Shown: in pieces, positions 39,036-52,732 of the stretch
How the letters are laid out: every line of letters starts with the position of its first letter
Position numbering within the stretch: the first letter of the stretch is position 1
Assembly: GCA_013239625.1 (NCBI GenBank)
Contig: MU054323.1
Coordinates: 2,170,001 to 2,234,000, forward strand
Reading direction: 5' to 3'
Source of the DNA: Lama guanicoe
Lineage: Eukaryota
Length of the DNA: 64,000 bases
Position numbers and translations under genes: made by a program
Notes under the pieces: model-generated
The model's input: the letters and a program-made list of their open reading frames with translations, nothing else
Database searches by the model: none
Told to the model about the DNA's origin: nothing

Positions 39036-39237
39036 AGTCAAGGGAAGGGTGTAATGTGATCACACACACAGATCATGCGGTGTGTATGTGTGGGTGTATC
39101 TGTGGTGTGGGTGAGTAAACACACACACACACGTGTAACATGCAGAGACAGCTTACTGTGGGGAGAAAAGAAAAGAATTGAGCCTCTGAACCTTTTTGGC
39201 ATTGCCACTTTCCCTCAGAAACCAGAAGCATGGCCAT
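39036..39237 (-). repeat. Right arm of a ~200 bp inverted repeat
   Basis: Reverse complement of 37738-37943. Confidence 0.95.
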
Positions 39238-39844
39238 CTGCAGTGTGTCAGGGAATGGAGACATTTGGATGTGTCTGGTTTTGATATCATTAAATGACCG
39301 ATGAATTAAACTAAGGGAGGAGATCAGAGAGGGGCTCTCTCTGCTTTACAGATAAGCTGAGATTGGAGTGTGAGATGGAACAGTCTAGCCAGGTTAGGAG
39401 TGAATGATCTGCTGCCGATGAGAGGTAGTTGAAAAATAGTTCCACTTTAATTGTTTTATTGTCTACTTTGTATTATCAGGGCTTGTGGGAGAGAAGAGTT
39501 ATAGATAACAAAAGTGACATAACCCATGTGCCTAAGAAGCCCCTGTCAAAAGGCATGAGATGCTTCTCTGGGCATATCACATTTCATTTGGCAAGAATCT
39601 CTCCTAGAGTGTCTGGAAAAAAACACAGGAAAGCCCTGTATGTGTTCTTAACACACGGCCCATAGAGAGTAGTTTAATCAATGGTATAGCAAACAGATAA
39701 TTTAGAAATGAAAGAGATCTCCAAAGCTCAGTCTTTTCAGTATCCTTTGGATCATCCTCGGCTATTAGAGGGAGCCGTGTTGTCTTAGCTCTGGAACGTC
39801 TTTGGATAGATGACAAATAATGCTCTTTCAGTGACAGATTCACC

Positions 39845-40070
39845 CATGTAGTGTGGTCAGTGAGGGGTGGAACCAGTCAGGAGTGACACCTGGGTTAACA
39901 TTCTGGATTAATCCTTTCACAGCCGAGTTGTGAAAATAAATTTTATCTCTGTCTGAATCTCAGTTTTCTTATCTGTAAAATGGAAATAACATACCTCTCA
40001 GATAGGATCATTGTGAGGTTTAAAGGAGACAGAAGCAAGAAGCAAGACAATGCCTGGTTAGTACTGATGA
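39845..40070 (+). mobile_element. MIR SINE
   Basis: catgtagtgtggtcag...tctcagttttcttatctgtaaaatggaaataacatacct...ttgtgaggtttaaa. Confidence 0.75.
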
Positions 40071-41344
40071 TTATTCACTTTTATAGTTTTAATCACATAT
40101 CATTAACTCTGTGATACCAATAATAATAAATTGATCACTAGATTTAATAGTAACATTTGGGGGAGGATGGCTTAAATGTGCTATTTTTGTTATTTTCTAA
40201 CTAACCACTATTAATCCACGTGGCACATACTATTTTTCTCTTTTGCTTCAACATCCATATTGAGACTAATCCTGAAAATAAGAACTATAACTTTTTTTTT
40301 CCCCCGAATCAATTTAGCCATTAGGGATTACAGAGAACATCATGGTGACAGTCTACCTTTGTTCAATTCATATTTGTTATCTTGACTTAGCACCTTTAAG
40401 ACTGAAGGTATAATTTGAGGTTTGTCAGAGTTTTGTCAGAGAAGACCAGAGTTTCCTTCCCTCCCCCTTAATTGAATTACCTCTCACTAGAAATTCAATA
40501 ACTTCTTTTGAGAGAAGCCAGAATCTTCCTGACAAATTTTTGATGCTTGAAAGACAGTGTGTCCTGTCTGTGAGGATACAGAAGACACCGGTAATGGGCT
40601 TGCTTCTCTCTCCATTAACATGGCTCAGACCCTGACTGCTGCTGTCACTGCTGCCTTCCTGGCTTGAGAAAAATGGTCAATGTTGAGAAATTCTCAACTG
40701 TTATTGACATTAATTGAATTGCCTGGTGTGTGACAAGCATTCTGCTTATGTAAAAAACTTGTATTTTCAATGTTGCTTCACAGTACCGTCTTCTTGAGGC
40801 ACTTTAAATAACGATTGGTATTCTAAACCTGAGTTTGAAGCTGTGAGTGATGTTCCCAATGAGAATTACTAACCAGAGGTGACTCCTGATGAACAGGTGA
40901 CTTGTGTATGAGCTGTGTTCATGGATGAGTGAGCGGGTACAAGGTCCTCACAATTACTTCTCGGTCTAGCTGCTGACAAATTGCTTTTAATAATCAGTTG
41001 TAAGCTGTGTCCCAGTTTGGGAAAACAACAAACAAAACATTTAAAGTACATCTTCTAAATTGAAAAGAATCATGGCAATATGGTTATCCATGGCACGTCC
41101 TAACTTGTTCAAATTGTTGTATATGACCTTTCCTCAAATGCTCGTTCTTCATAAGGAAAAGGTACCTAGCTCTTTCTTGTTTCTTGTTTTTTTATGTTTC
41201 TTTTTCTTCTGTGCTTCTTCAGTGGCTCAGTCTACTTGGTTTCTTCTGGGTGAGCTTATCCCCTGGAGGCAGAACCATTAACCTCTGTGAGAATTTGGGC
41301 CTTCGAAACAATGCAGCTCATTGGTGTAGACCCAAGAGCCAGTG

Positions 41345-41470
41345 ACTCTTAGGCAAGCAGATTGCAGGTGAAATTTCAGCCCTTGCCACTTGGTAGCTGT
41401 GTGTCTTTGATCAAGTCACTTGATCTCTGTGACCCTCAGTTTCCTCATCTATAATGTAGCTATTACTGTG
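41345..41470 (+). mobile_element. MIR SINE
   Basis: gccacttggtagctgtgtgtctttgatcaagtcacttgatctctgtgaccctcagtttcctcatctataa. Confidence 0.75.
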
Positions 41471-44400
41471 CACTTTTTGGCTTATTTGGGCCTATATCTC
41501 CACTGTTTATTTCTTCAGTTGCCAGCATAAATCCAGGTATAGTGCTCAATAAATTGCAGTTTTAGGTTATCAACATAGATTATGACAATGATGACATATA
41601 TATTCTTGCTGCTTTGTAGTTTACAAAATATGTTCTTGAACACTAGCTTAAGTTTTATAACAATACAATGAAAGGGACAGAGCAGTAGTAATTTTCATAA
41701 ATGAGAGAAAAGGGACTCAAATGCAAATCTTTTTACCTTTAGTGCAATCATCCTTTACTTCCTCCTCTGCCTCTCTTAGTGCAACATTGGCTACCTTTTT
41801 GAGTCATCAAAAATCAGATTTAATACAGATACCTATTTATGTTGTATTCTTTCACTATTAGTAAGTTCTGAGGAAATGTAGCTTGCTATTGAACAGGAAG
41901 CTGCAGACATATGTTGGTCTTATTCAGGCCTAAGAAACATTCAAGCAGTCTCTTTTGTAGTGTGTAAGTGTATTAATTAAGGGAAGGCTACCAGACCAGA
42001 ACAATGCAAATTAGAAGGTGGAAGGATTGAGGATAAGATCATAGGTGAGAAGATCTGATGCAGGGAGAGCCTTCTTAGTCCTACCCTTAGGACCACAGGA
42101 ATGTGCCCTGTGAATTTAAGTAATTTTAAATCTCTGCGAGAATGTTGCATCTAGACATTTTTTCCCCTGCTGTCTCCTAACCCTAAACATCTAGTACCCC
42201 ATGATCCAAGCGTGATCTCAGGCCTTGAGGCTGGCTGAGTCTCAGCCCTAGAGTCAGTGGTTGAGTTTCTATATGCCAAGTTCAAGCAGAGTGCAGGGTT
42301 TTTGGAATCCAGCTTTGGTGCATCCCGTCCTGTAACTGTGATATATGATAAAAGGAAAAATTGCAGCCAAACTTGACTACGTTCAAAGTAAGGTGCTAGT
42401 GAAAGGATGAGACGGAAAATAAGTCCTAATGGATTAATGACTCATGATAAATGTTTTATTATAAGAGCTTGTGAATGATTAGATAATTCTTACTTCCAAG
42501 AATAGAATTTAGATATTTTCACCTGGCTAGTTACCAAAGTAAATAAATTACTTAATTATCTAGTGAATAGTTAAATCTTTATGTAAAAATATACAAAAAA
42601 CAGAAAAGGTAATTTCTGTAAATAATCAATATCTTATCTATCTTCTGTTTCTTTCCTTTTATAATATTTACTGCTGGTTGAACCAACCTACCAGAAAAAA
42701 TAAGAACACTTTCAGTAAACCATGAAAGATGTTCTGTTTGATACCTAGCCATTCGGCAAAATTAAAGCAGAATGAAGATTTTTCTGGGCAGCTGTAGTTC
42801 TTGGTAGAAACTAAACATTTAATGATATATTTTGCTCAAGTTCATAAAAGTCTCTCTAATTATTTCAGGCCAGCTCTCCCCTCACTAACACCCACGCAGT
42901 TCCCACTGAGTGCAGCATGCGCCTGTCTGAGGGTTGAAACCATACGCGCTATCCATTTGAGTTAATTCTCTTTCTCAATATGCTGAGGTCAAATTATCTT
43001 GGACATCTTTTTGAATCCATGTCTTCTTAAAGGCTTGGAAGCATATATACCTATTGATTTAAACTTGGGATAAAAAATAAATTTTACCATAATTTAAAAG
43101 TGCGGTTCAAATGCCTCTTCTGTCTGGATCAGTGATTTAGTTATACTGGCTTTTGCTAAATTCTTTCTTATCATTTTCAGATACACCTATTATAAGGAAT
43201 GACTGTTTTGTTCTGATCACATTTTTACACACATCATGCTGCTTTCTTCCCGAGACATTTCAGAGCTTTAAAATGACCATGGGAAAGCTCTGTGTAGGCC
43301 ACATCTGGCAACAAAGCAGAATTCTTCATCCTCTTTTGTCTTTTGGATCAATCAACCCACCACATAATACTTGCTATAAAGACTTTACATGAACTAGTAG
43401 GAAAAAATAAAATAAAATATATGAACTAGTAGATTGTGAATGTCCCTTGTAAACTCTGAAGTGTTTTAAAGATGACAAATGATAGCATTCCCAGGTATTT
43501 TCCCATTAATGAAATAATTGATAGGATGGTCTGACGTTGCATTGTTCAGCACAGTGCATAGCACATAGTAGATGCTTATGTATTTTTAAAATAGCTACCC
43601 CTCTGTTGTTTTGTTCACATCAGCAAACCTATGTCACAAATGCTTCCAGCTTGTGACAATTTTCCTGGGCTAACAAAAGTTAAAATTTCATGTTCTTGCT
43701 TTCTGTTAACCAGAAATGTGATTTAAAAAAAATCTGGGTTTGTCTGAAATTTACCGTTGTGTTCCAACCTCAAGGCTAAAGTATGTGTAGGAAAATTCTG
43801 ATTTATTCCTGAGTGCAAAGATTTGCACAGTTAATTTGATTGTTATTTATTTAGAAAACAAAACGTGTCTTGGAAACTACATATTTTTATCATAATTGTG
43901 TACCTATATAAAAGAAAAAGAAAAAACAACCAAAAAATAATAGACTTGTCTTTCCCATTCTTTTCAATTTGGCTTTTTCTAGAAAATTACTTTAAAAATG
44001 ATTTGAATTATGTATAGTTCTTAACACTAAAACACTTTATATGTACAAAGCACATTATCAAGTGCTGATTTTATTTTCTTAGTAGAATTGGATATCTGAC
44101 ATCTTAACTACTCTTTAATTGGACAGGTAGATGGAAATAGAAATGTATATTTATTTGAGTGAAAAGTTTTTGGAGCTAGAAGCTGTTTCCCATAGCAGTC
44201 AGTTTCCCTGTTTTGAAGTGTTCTCTGTGGGACATTGTGAGAAATGAATACTTGGAAAAAACACATGGACCATTCCGTATTTCCTTATGACAGATGAGAT
44301 GAGTTGGGTGGAGATCCCTGTTGGTGTAATGAGGTCAGAGATGGAGAAGGGGTTAAACCTGAAGTTGGTTGTTGAGAGTGAGGATTTGTAAGAGGAGTAT

Positions 44401-45959
44401 GTGTTATGAGATGAGGTTGGTGAGATATACTGGTGAGTTTGTAGGTGGCCTTGGCTGAAGACAATTACATTTCTTTTCTGTCTTTTCCACAAATCGTCAT
44501 AGAAATCCTTTAGATTGTAAAATTGTTTAACTCTTCTATTTGCAAGGAACTAGCTGAAGTGACTAGTCAGTATGAAAGAAGATCAGGAGGGAGGGAACAG
44601 ATTCATAACATTTTAGAACAAGATTAAAATCCAGTGGAGATTCCATAGAACTGTAATCAAGCTTAAAGAATTGAGTACTCAACAAGCACACAATACAATT
44701 ATCATTTTTTCACTGGAGAACAGGTGACACACTATACATTCCACTTTAATGGGACTCACTTGGCAAGACTGATACCGAACTGCAATACATATAAGGGAAC
44801 ACACTGTATATTAAGAGCTGTACCAGCCTCTTTACCAGTGTTATTCCATTTTCACATTGGCCTTGTGGTTTATGGGGGCACCAAGGGTGCTCAATTTTGT
44901 AAAGAAGACATATGAAGCTCTAAGAGTTAAGAATGTTCTTCAAGGTCATACAAGTGGTGGTTTCTAGATCCATGATTTGAATCCAAGACTGTTTGAATCT
45001 AAAACTCAGGGTACTCAAAGAGTGGGTAGACATTTGAGAAAGCAGTTCTATGCTTCTAATTGGCCTCAAACCTGCTACCCTTGCTTCTACAATCTGATCT
45101 TTCTCAATTACATTTTACCTCCCTTTTTATGGGAGTTTCCATAATGTGACTTATAAAGGTATTAAGTATATTGTCTCCATCAGTACTAGAAGTAGAACAT
45201 TCATCTAGAAGAGGATTCTTATGGAAATGAGAGATGGAGATTAGGTGTGTTTGTGTGTGCAGCATGTGTATATGTAAGATCTGATGCTCTCGTCAGAATG
45301 TACATTGTCCCATTTGGTCTTGTTTTTCTAAAGCTTACACTTGCATGGATGGAGTCTTTTCATAGAACTGTGATCGGCAGTGGTATGTAGTGCCACTTAG
45401 AAGAGAATCTTAATCACAGACCCTGTTTAAAGAAAATTGATTTATCTAAAATAGATTCTCACCACAGATTCCCGACACAGGAAGTTGATTGTCTACCATG
45501 CATGGTAACACCAGTTTTCTTTGCTACAAACTTGCTTTATCATCCAACTAAGCATGTGTAAACTGACTACCATTCCCTTCACCCTCTCCTCTTCCCTTAT
45601 TGTCATTTGTGGTTGTAGCTTGCCCATTAAGCCTTTTATTTCTTCTCTGAGATAACTGTCATGTGTGTATGTATATGTGTACATGAACAGAGGAAATTGT
45701 AATTAGTTAAAGTTTCCCTTGGTTTGTAGAGTTTTCTGCTGTCCATTGTCATCCTTACTTAAATGTCTTCTAAAGTTTAGAAATTGAAAAATCTACCTTT
45801 TTGTTTTTTACACTATAAAGTAAAGGATACTGTAAATGATCTGTAAATTATTGCTCCTTTACTGGTAGACTGACTTTTTCTACTGGGTGAGGAATGTATG
45901 AAAAACTCTATTTAATTTGATGTTTGCTATGGTCCTTTCTAGATCTAACATTCTTTAAT

Positions 45960-47460
45960 GTGTTGATTTAATGATTTCACATATATCTGAGTCCTACTAC
46001 ATGAATCATACTCTATTTTTGACAAATGCATATAGCAGTGACCAACAAATGCTCTCTCTCATTAAGCTTGCATACTAGTAAGGGGAGATGGGTAATAAGC
46101 CTGCAAACAAATAACCCGGTAGTAGAAATAGTAGTTCAGATAGTGCGACAAGTGCTGTGAAGGAAAGAAAAATATAGTATGTGTCACAGAGAGTTGGGGG
46201 TTCATTTTTAGATAGGATAGTTCGAGAAAACTCTCCTGATAAGATGACATCCGAGTGGATAACCTGGAAGAAGTTCTGCATATATTCAGGAGATGAGCAT
46301 CGCAGACAGAGGAGAGGAAAAGGTAAGAGAGTGACTATTGGGTTTAAGAAACAGCAAGGCATACCATGTGTTGGATTCGAGCAAGGAGTGGAGAAAAGTG
46401 ATTGGTGGTCAGACTGCATAGGGTTTTGAGGGCCCTGGTGGTGACTTCAAGAAGCCATTGGAGGATTTGATTCTAGGATGATCATGGTCATGCTACTGTA
46501 CACCAAAGAATCAATTTTGCTATATGGCAATTTAAAAGATATGATTTAAATATCTTTGGCTGCTTTGTATAGAATATACATTTGGGGTAGAGGGTGGAAG
46601 CAAGGAGTCCTGATGGAAGGCTTTGGCAGTAACCTGGGTGCATGATGATAGTAGGTTGAACCAGGGAGGTAAAAAGAGATTAGATTCTAGAAATAAAATA
46701 ACTTTCTGACAGGTGGGACACAGGCATGAAGAAAGGAAAGGTCCAAGGATGAGTTTAATTTTAAGGTGGGAGGGATATGGTGAACCAGAACACGTTGAAG
46801 GATGGAATTGTCATTTACTATGATGGAGACTACTTCAGAAGGAATAGGGTTTGTAGGGAATTAACAGATTAGGTTATGTATTTTTATGGGACATCAAGGT
46901 GAGAGTGTTGAGGAAGCAGGTAGGGTCTTCGGTGGAGAAGTCTGTACCTGAGATCTACTTTGGAAGTCGTCAACACATAGATAGAATCTAATCCTGTGGG
47001 TCTGTATGTAATCACCCAGTAAGAGAGAGTAGATAAAGAAGAGATGAGGTGTTAAGACTGAACTTCCAGATGCTTCAGCATTTAAAATTTAGGGATGTGA
47101 AGAGAGATAAACAAAGGAGGCTGAAAGAAATCAGCCAATGAGCAAAGGTCAACATGGAGTTGTTATTGTTTTTTCATGACACTGAAAATAAATGTTTTGT
47201 TTGATGGTGACGACATCAGCCTAATTGGAGTGATTCAAAAAAAAAAAAAACTTGGAGGAGAGGAAATGGAGACAGGGAGCACAACTCTTTACTCCTAAGG
47301 GTTTTACTGTAAAGAGAAGGATGGAAATACTGTGGCAGGTAGCTAGAGGAGGATGTGGGTTAAAGGGGGAGGTTTTTTTTTTTTTTAATATGGGAGATGC
47401 CTTGACATATTATATGGTGATTGGAAGGGTCCAGTAGAGAGTGGCAGCTGGTAGAGATTT
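45960..47460 (-). mobile_element. Long L2 fragment
   Basis: L2-typical phrases throughout: gaagccattggaggattt, tggctgctttgtatagaata, ggttgaaccagggaggt, ggatggaattgtcatttactatgatgg, gtagataaagaagag. Confidence 0.75.
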
Positions 47461-49985
47461 ATGACTGTGCTTTTTGATAAAACATTCCTGTTGAATGTCC
47501 ATAAAACAGATGCATTTTGACATTTGGGCACCTCCTGGCCCATGGGTGGATGGGAATTCCCTTTACACTTTGTAACAGAGTCAGCACCATGACAGAAGCT
47601 CACCCATCACTCCATTTGCTAAGCTAATAAAGAGACAATCAAAGGCCTGTGTGTTCACAGGGTAGATTGGTATGATCAGAAAAGGAGATTTATGGACCAA
47701 AGTGAGCCACGATATTATAAAAGGTCATGAATAACATTTCCCTGTTGTGTCTGCTCTCACAGATCCTGTGGCTTTCTACTCCTAGCTCCTTTTCAGGAAT
47801 TCATTTGGGCACTGTTGTGCGCAATTGTGTTAACCCCAAATCGCGAACCCATGCGGTGGCAGATGCCCAAGTGTGTGGAATGAGGGAGGACAGTCAGAAG
47901 TTCACACTGAGGATGAGCACTGAGTCCTCCTGAGTCAGGCAGAGCAGGGGTTCCTTCCTGCCAGACTGGTCAGGGTAGAACAGTACCTCTTTTTGCTGGA
48001 ATATTCTCAGGCTTCCTCCTGGCACTGGCAACCTGTGTTTCTGTGACTGCAGAATAGGTTTTCAACAACAGTGAGAAATCACTCTTCACCCTGCTAATAA
48101 ACAGAACTGTGCTTTCTTCTACTTTGGGTGTATTGTGGCTGTCAAATTGCTCCTTAGGAAATTTAGCCACGCTTGACTTTCATTTTCTTTCAATGTCACC
48201 TTTGCTCCAGATATCACACCCAAGAGAATGTTCAAGTGTCTTCAGTAATAAAGTTTTCTCTTGATTAAAGGCTTTTGTAATCTGTTATTATCAATAGAGT
48301 CCAACCCAAAGTTTACTTTTGCCCAATCTATAGCAGAAAACAGTTTCTTACGTATGTGTATATGTGTTTCTGGGGAAATGTTGAAGTTGTGTTTAGACTG
48401 ATAAAAAACTGTCTTTGAAAATATTAGAAGCACCTGGTATTTTAGAAACAATATTTTATCATCAAAGCAAGTTGAACAGGGTCTCTACTGGGTGATATTC
48501 CGGTAGTTAAATGATTCATATGCACATAAGTGAAAAAAAAACTGCATTTCCTTACATCCCTAATTCACTTCTGCACTGGACATAAGTAAGGGTGGCTATG
48601 AAAAATGGTTTCAAGTGAATCAGTGGTCAGTAGCACTAAAAGAATTTCTGTTCCCTCTAGGCTGCCAGGTGGATATAGCAATCAGGGATGTAGAGATAGT
48701 TTTTTTTTTTTTTTGCCTGTCCTGATTTGTTGAAAACTTTAAAAATTAGTAATTCACCTTTTTATCTTAAAAAATAAAATAACAAGGGAATATTTTCATT
48801 ATCAATTAGGAAGCACTAAGATGTAAAGCATAATCATAGAGATATTTAGGGAACTAGAAATCTCCATATAAGTGGGCTTTTGCAGCATTCGGGCTAATCC
48901 TGGTGTTTGCCTTTGATTACTTTGGGTACCATTTAGTCCACTTACTGTATCATCTTGTAATTGCCCTGAACAGTTTTTCATCACGAAAGTAGTTACGTTC
49001 TCTCATTGTTTGACACAAAGTGTAAAGAAAAAGTATTTAAAATGTCAGGCTACTTTAGTATGTTATACCACAAAGGATGGAGCAGATGTTTTTAAATAAA
49101 CATCAGCCCTGGTTGTGCATTGTTAAGACACTGAGGAGCCTTTTTCAGAAGCAAGGGAAGCTCATGAATTTAGAGGAGGCTTAAATACTGTACTTTCACA
49201 TAAAACCATAAAAAGTTGGCAGAAGTATCAGGGGCCAATGAATGGGCATAGAGCTGAACATGTTATAACTCAGATTCCCAATAAAAGTGTCAGCCTCGAA
49301 TCTGAAGTGAATAGTTTTATAATTCTGAACTGAAAGCATTTTTTAATTGCTTTCAAATGGAAAAACTTCATATCATTTAATAAAATTTATCTACTTTATT
49401 ATCAAAAAGGCTGTTATTGCAGCAAAGGGAAATGGAGGATTTAAATGTCATTCCTAGCATCTAATTTCCCAGCTCTTTTATTGGGATGTTATTAAAACAA
49501 GACCAAATGGACTTGGCTACGTCCATAAAAGCCAGTCAAGCAAAAGAGTTAATCTGAACACTGCAGAATCATTAAACGTGGCCCAGGGTTGTAGTCTGGC
49601 TGGTGCTGGGTGAGATGTGCCCTGGGAAGCAGGTGTGATGTGTCAAGAGCACTGTTTTAGCCTTCTATAGCTTACGGAGCCTAAAGGGCAGCTGGCTTCA
49701 GGGAGAAGCATGCCAAGGACAATGACCGTCCTTGTACCCAAGGGATCGATTTCATTCATTAATGTTCCCTGTGAACCAGCTAAAGGCTTTGAAGCAAGTG
49801 GTGGCAAGGAAGGGCTGGGGTCCCAGACAGGTAGGGAGAGAGGTCTTCTTCTCTGTTGGAAAGCAATTCCACTAACTTGCTAAGTGCTTACTTGGGTTTG
49901 GTGTGCTTTCTATGGAGCTAATGAGAAACATTCTAGGGTTTGTAGGAAAGCAGAACAACTTGTGGATGGTGGAACTATTTATAGT

Positions 49986-50023
49986 AAAAAAACAAAAACA
50001 AAACAAAACAAACAAACAAAAAT
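49986..50023. repeat. A-rich (CAAAA/CAAA)n repeat
   Basis: Seen directly. Confidence 0.85.
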
Positions 50024-50293
50024 AACCCAAAGGAGATAAGGAATTATCAAGGCTATTCGCGGCTGTGAGGAGGGAGCTGTAGTCAGTTACTTAGAAAGTG
50101 TAGAAAGAGAGATAAACATTTATATAGATATTGCATTTTAATAGTAGTTGTAGTCATAGTAATAAGTAAATATGCTAAATACTTTGCATACTTCATTTCT
50201 TTTGCAGTAATCTTCTGAAGTATTCTTCCCATTTCACAGATGATTCTAACACCCAAGTTTGTTCTATTATTTCTTTTTTAAAAATAAAAATCA

Positions 50294-50502
50294 CAAGCAT
50301 AACTTGTTTTATCACGCTTCTCTTTATTGCACTTCACAGATATTTCTTCTTTGTTTATTTTATTTTATGTTTTTACAAATTGAAGGTTTGTGGCAATTGA
50401 AGTTTTGAGCACGTCTATCAGTGCCATTTTTCCAATAGCCTTTGTCCTTGTGTCTCTGTGTCACATTTGGTAATTGTCTCAATATTTCAAACTTTATTAT
50501 TA

Positions 50503-50534
<32 letters not shown>

Positions 50535-52732
50535 TTATTATGATTACTATATTTGTTATGGTGATCTGTGATCAGTGACCTTTGATGTCACTGTTGTAAT
50601 TGTTCTGGGGCACTGTAAACTGTGCCCATGTAAGACAGTGAACTTAATAATCAATACATGATGTGTGTGTTCTGACTGCTCCATGGACTGGCTGTTCTCC
50701 CATTGCTCTTCCTCTCTTTAGACATCTCTCTTTCCTGAGACGCAGGATTTTGAAGTCAGGCCAATTAATAACCCTACAGTGGCCTCTAAGTAAGTGTTCA
50801 AGGGACAGGAAGTGTTGCACATCTCTCACTTTAAATCAAAAGCTAGAAGTGATTAAGCTTAGTGAACAATGCATGTCAAAAGCCCAGAGAGGTCACAAGC
50901 TCAGCCTCTTGCACCAGTTAGACAAGTTGTGAATGAAAAGGAAAAGTTCTTGAAGGAAACTGAAAGTGCCACTTCAGTGAACACATGAATGATAAGAAAG
51001 TGGAACAGCCTTCTTGCTGATAAGGAGAAACCTTTAGTGGTCCAGATAGAAGATCAAACCAGCCACAACATTCCCTTAAGCCAAGGTCTAATCCAGAGCA
51101 AGGCCATAACTCTCTTCAATTCTGTGAAGGTTGAGAGAGATGAGGAAGCTGCAGAAGAAAAGTTCGAAGCTAGCAGAGATTGGGTCAAGAGAACTAAGGA
51201 AAGAAGCCATCTCCGTAATACAAAAGTGTAAGAGGAAGCAGCAGGTACTGATATAGAAGCTGCCAACAAGTTATCAAGAAGATCTAGCTGAGATCATTAA
51301 TGAAGGTGGCTACACTAAACAACGGATTTTCAGTGGAGGCCTTTTATTGGAAGAAGATGCCTTTTAGGACTTTCATAGCTCAAGAGAGGAAGTCAATGCC
51401 TGATTTCAAAGCTTCAAAGGACAAGCTGACTATCTCGTTAATGGCTAATGCAGCTGGTGACATTGAGTTGAAGCCAATGCTGATTTACCATTCTAAAAAT
51501 CCGAGGGCCTTTAAGTATTATGCTAAATCTACTCTGCCTGTGCTCTATAAATGCAACAACAAAGCCTAGATGACAGCACATCTGTTTACAACATGGTTTA
51601 CTGAATATTTTAAGCCTGCTGTTGAGACCTACTGCTCAGAAAAAAAGATTTCTTTCAAAATATTACTACTCATTGACAATGCACCTGGTAACCCAAGAGC
51701 TCTAATGGAAATGTACAACAAGATGAATGTTATTTTCATGTCTGCTAACACAGCATTCATTCTGCAGCCCATGGATCAAGGTGTCATTTTGACTTTCAAG
51801 TCTTAATATTTAAGAAATATATTTTGTAAGACTATAGCTGCCACAGATATGATTCCTCTGGTGGATCTGGTCAAAGTCCGTTAAAAACCTTCTGGAAAAG
51901 ATTCACTATTGTAGATGTCGTTAAGAATATCTGTAATTTATGGGAAGAGATCAAAATAGTAACATTAACAGAAGTTTAGGAGAAGTTGATTCCAGCCCTC
52001 ATGGATGACTTTGAGGAGTTTAAGACTACAGAGGAGGAAGTACCGCAGATGTGAAAATCGCAAGAGAACTAGAATTAAAAGTGGAGCCTAAAGATGTGAC
52101 TGAATTGTTTCAAACTCACGATAAAACTTAAAGAGCTGAGGAGTTGCTTCTTATAGATGAGCAAAGAAAGTGGTTTCTTGAGCTGGAATCTACTCCTGGT
52201 GAAGATGCTGTGAAGACGATTGAAATGACATCAAAGGATTTAGAATATGACATAACCTTAGTTGATACAGCAGTTTGAGAGGATTGACTCCAGTTTTGAA
52301 AGAAGTTCTATGGTGGATAAAACTACTAAACTGCACTGCATGCTACAGAGAAATCGCTTGTGAAAGGAAGAGTCAGTTGATGTGGTACACTTCATTGTCC
52401 TATTTTAAGGAATTGCCACCCCAACTTTTAGCAACAGTCACTGTGATCCATCAGCAGCCATCAACATCAAGTCAAGATCCTCTATTAGCAAAAAGAGTAT
52501 GACTCACTGAGGGTTCAGATGATGATTAGCGGTTTTTCTTCTTTAGCAATAAAGTATTTTTAAATTACTGTATGTACATTTTTAGACATGCTGTTGTACA
52601 CTTAATAGACTACAGTGCAGTATAAACATAATTTTTATATGCACTAAGAACACAAAAAAATTTGTGTGACTCACTTTATTGTGATATTTACTTTATTATG
52701 GTGGTTTGAAATTGAACTCCACGGTATGCCTA
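50294..52732 (+). mobile_element. Near full-length Tigger1 DNA transposon (Tc1/mariner, pogo-like)
   Basis: 5' end caagcataacttgttttatc...tttattgcacttcacagata and 3' end ggtatgccta are degenerate TIRs. Length is ~2.4 kb with internal transposase remnants. Confidence 0.93.
50779..52529 (+). pseudogene. Disrupted Tigger1 transposase (CENP-B-type HTH + DDE)
   Basis: Fragments [64 protein letters not shown] and LQPMDQGVI lie in different frames. The start is mutated to GTG, with multiple stops and frameshifts. Confidence 0.9.

Noticed and set aside
37738..39237. DNA transposon with long TIRs as the explanation of the inverted repeat
   Set aside because: No TSD, no recognisable terminal motif and no transposase remnant. 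It is not fully excluded without a Dfam search.
48298..48351. 54-nt plus-strand exon candidate (SNPKFTFAQSIAENSFL)
   Set aside because: Weak polypyrimidine tract and donor, and the peptide is not recognised.
50779..52529. TIGD1 or an active transposase gene
   Set aside because: Multiple stops and frameshifts, a mutated start and a missing first catalytic motif; it sits within an ordinary Tigger1.
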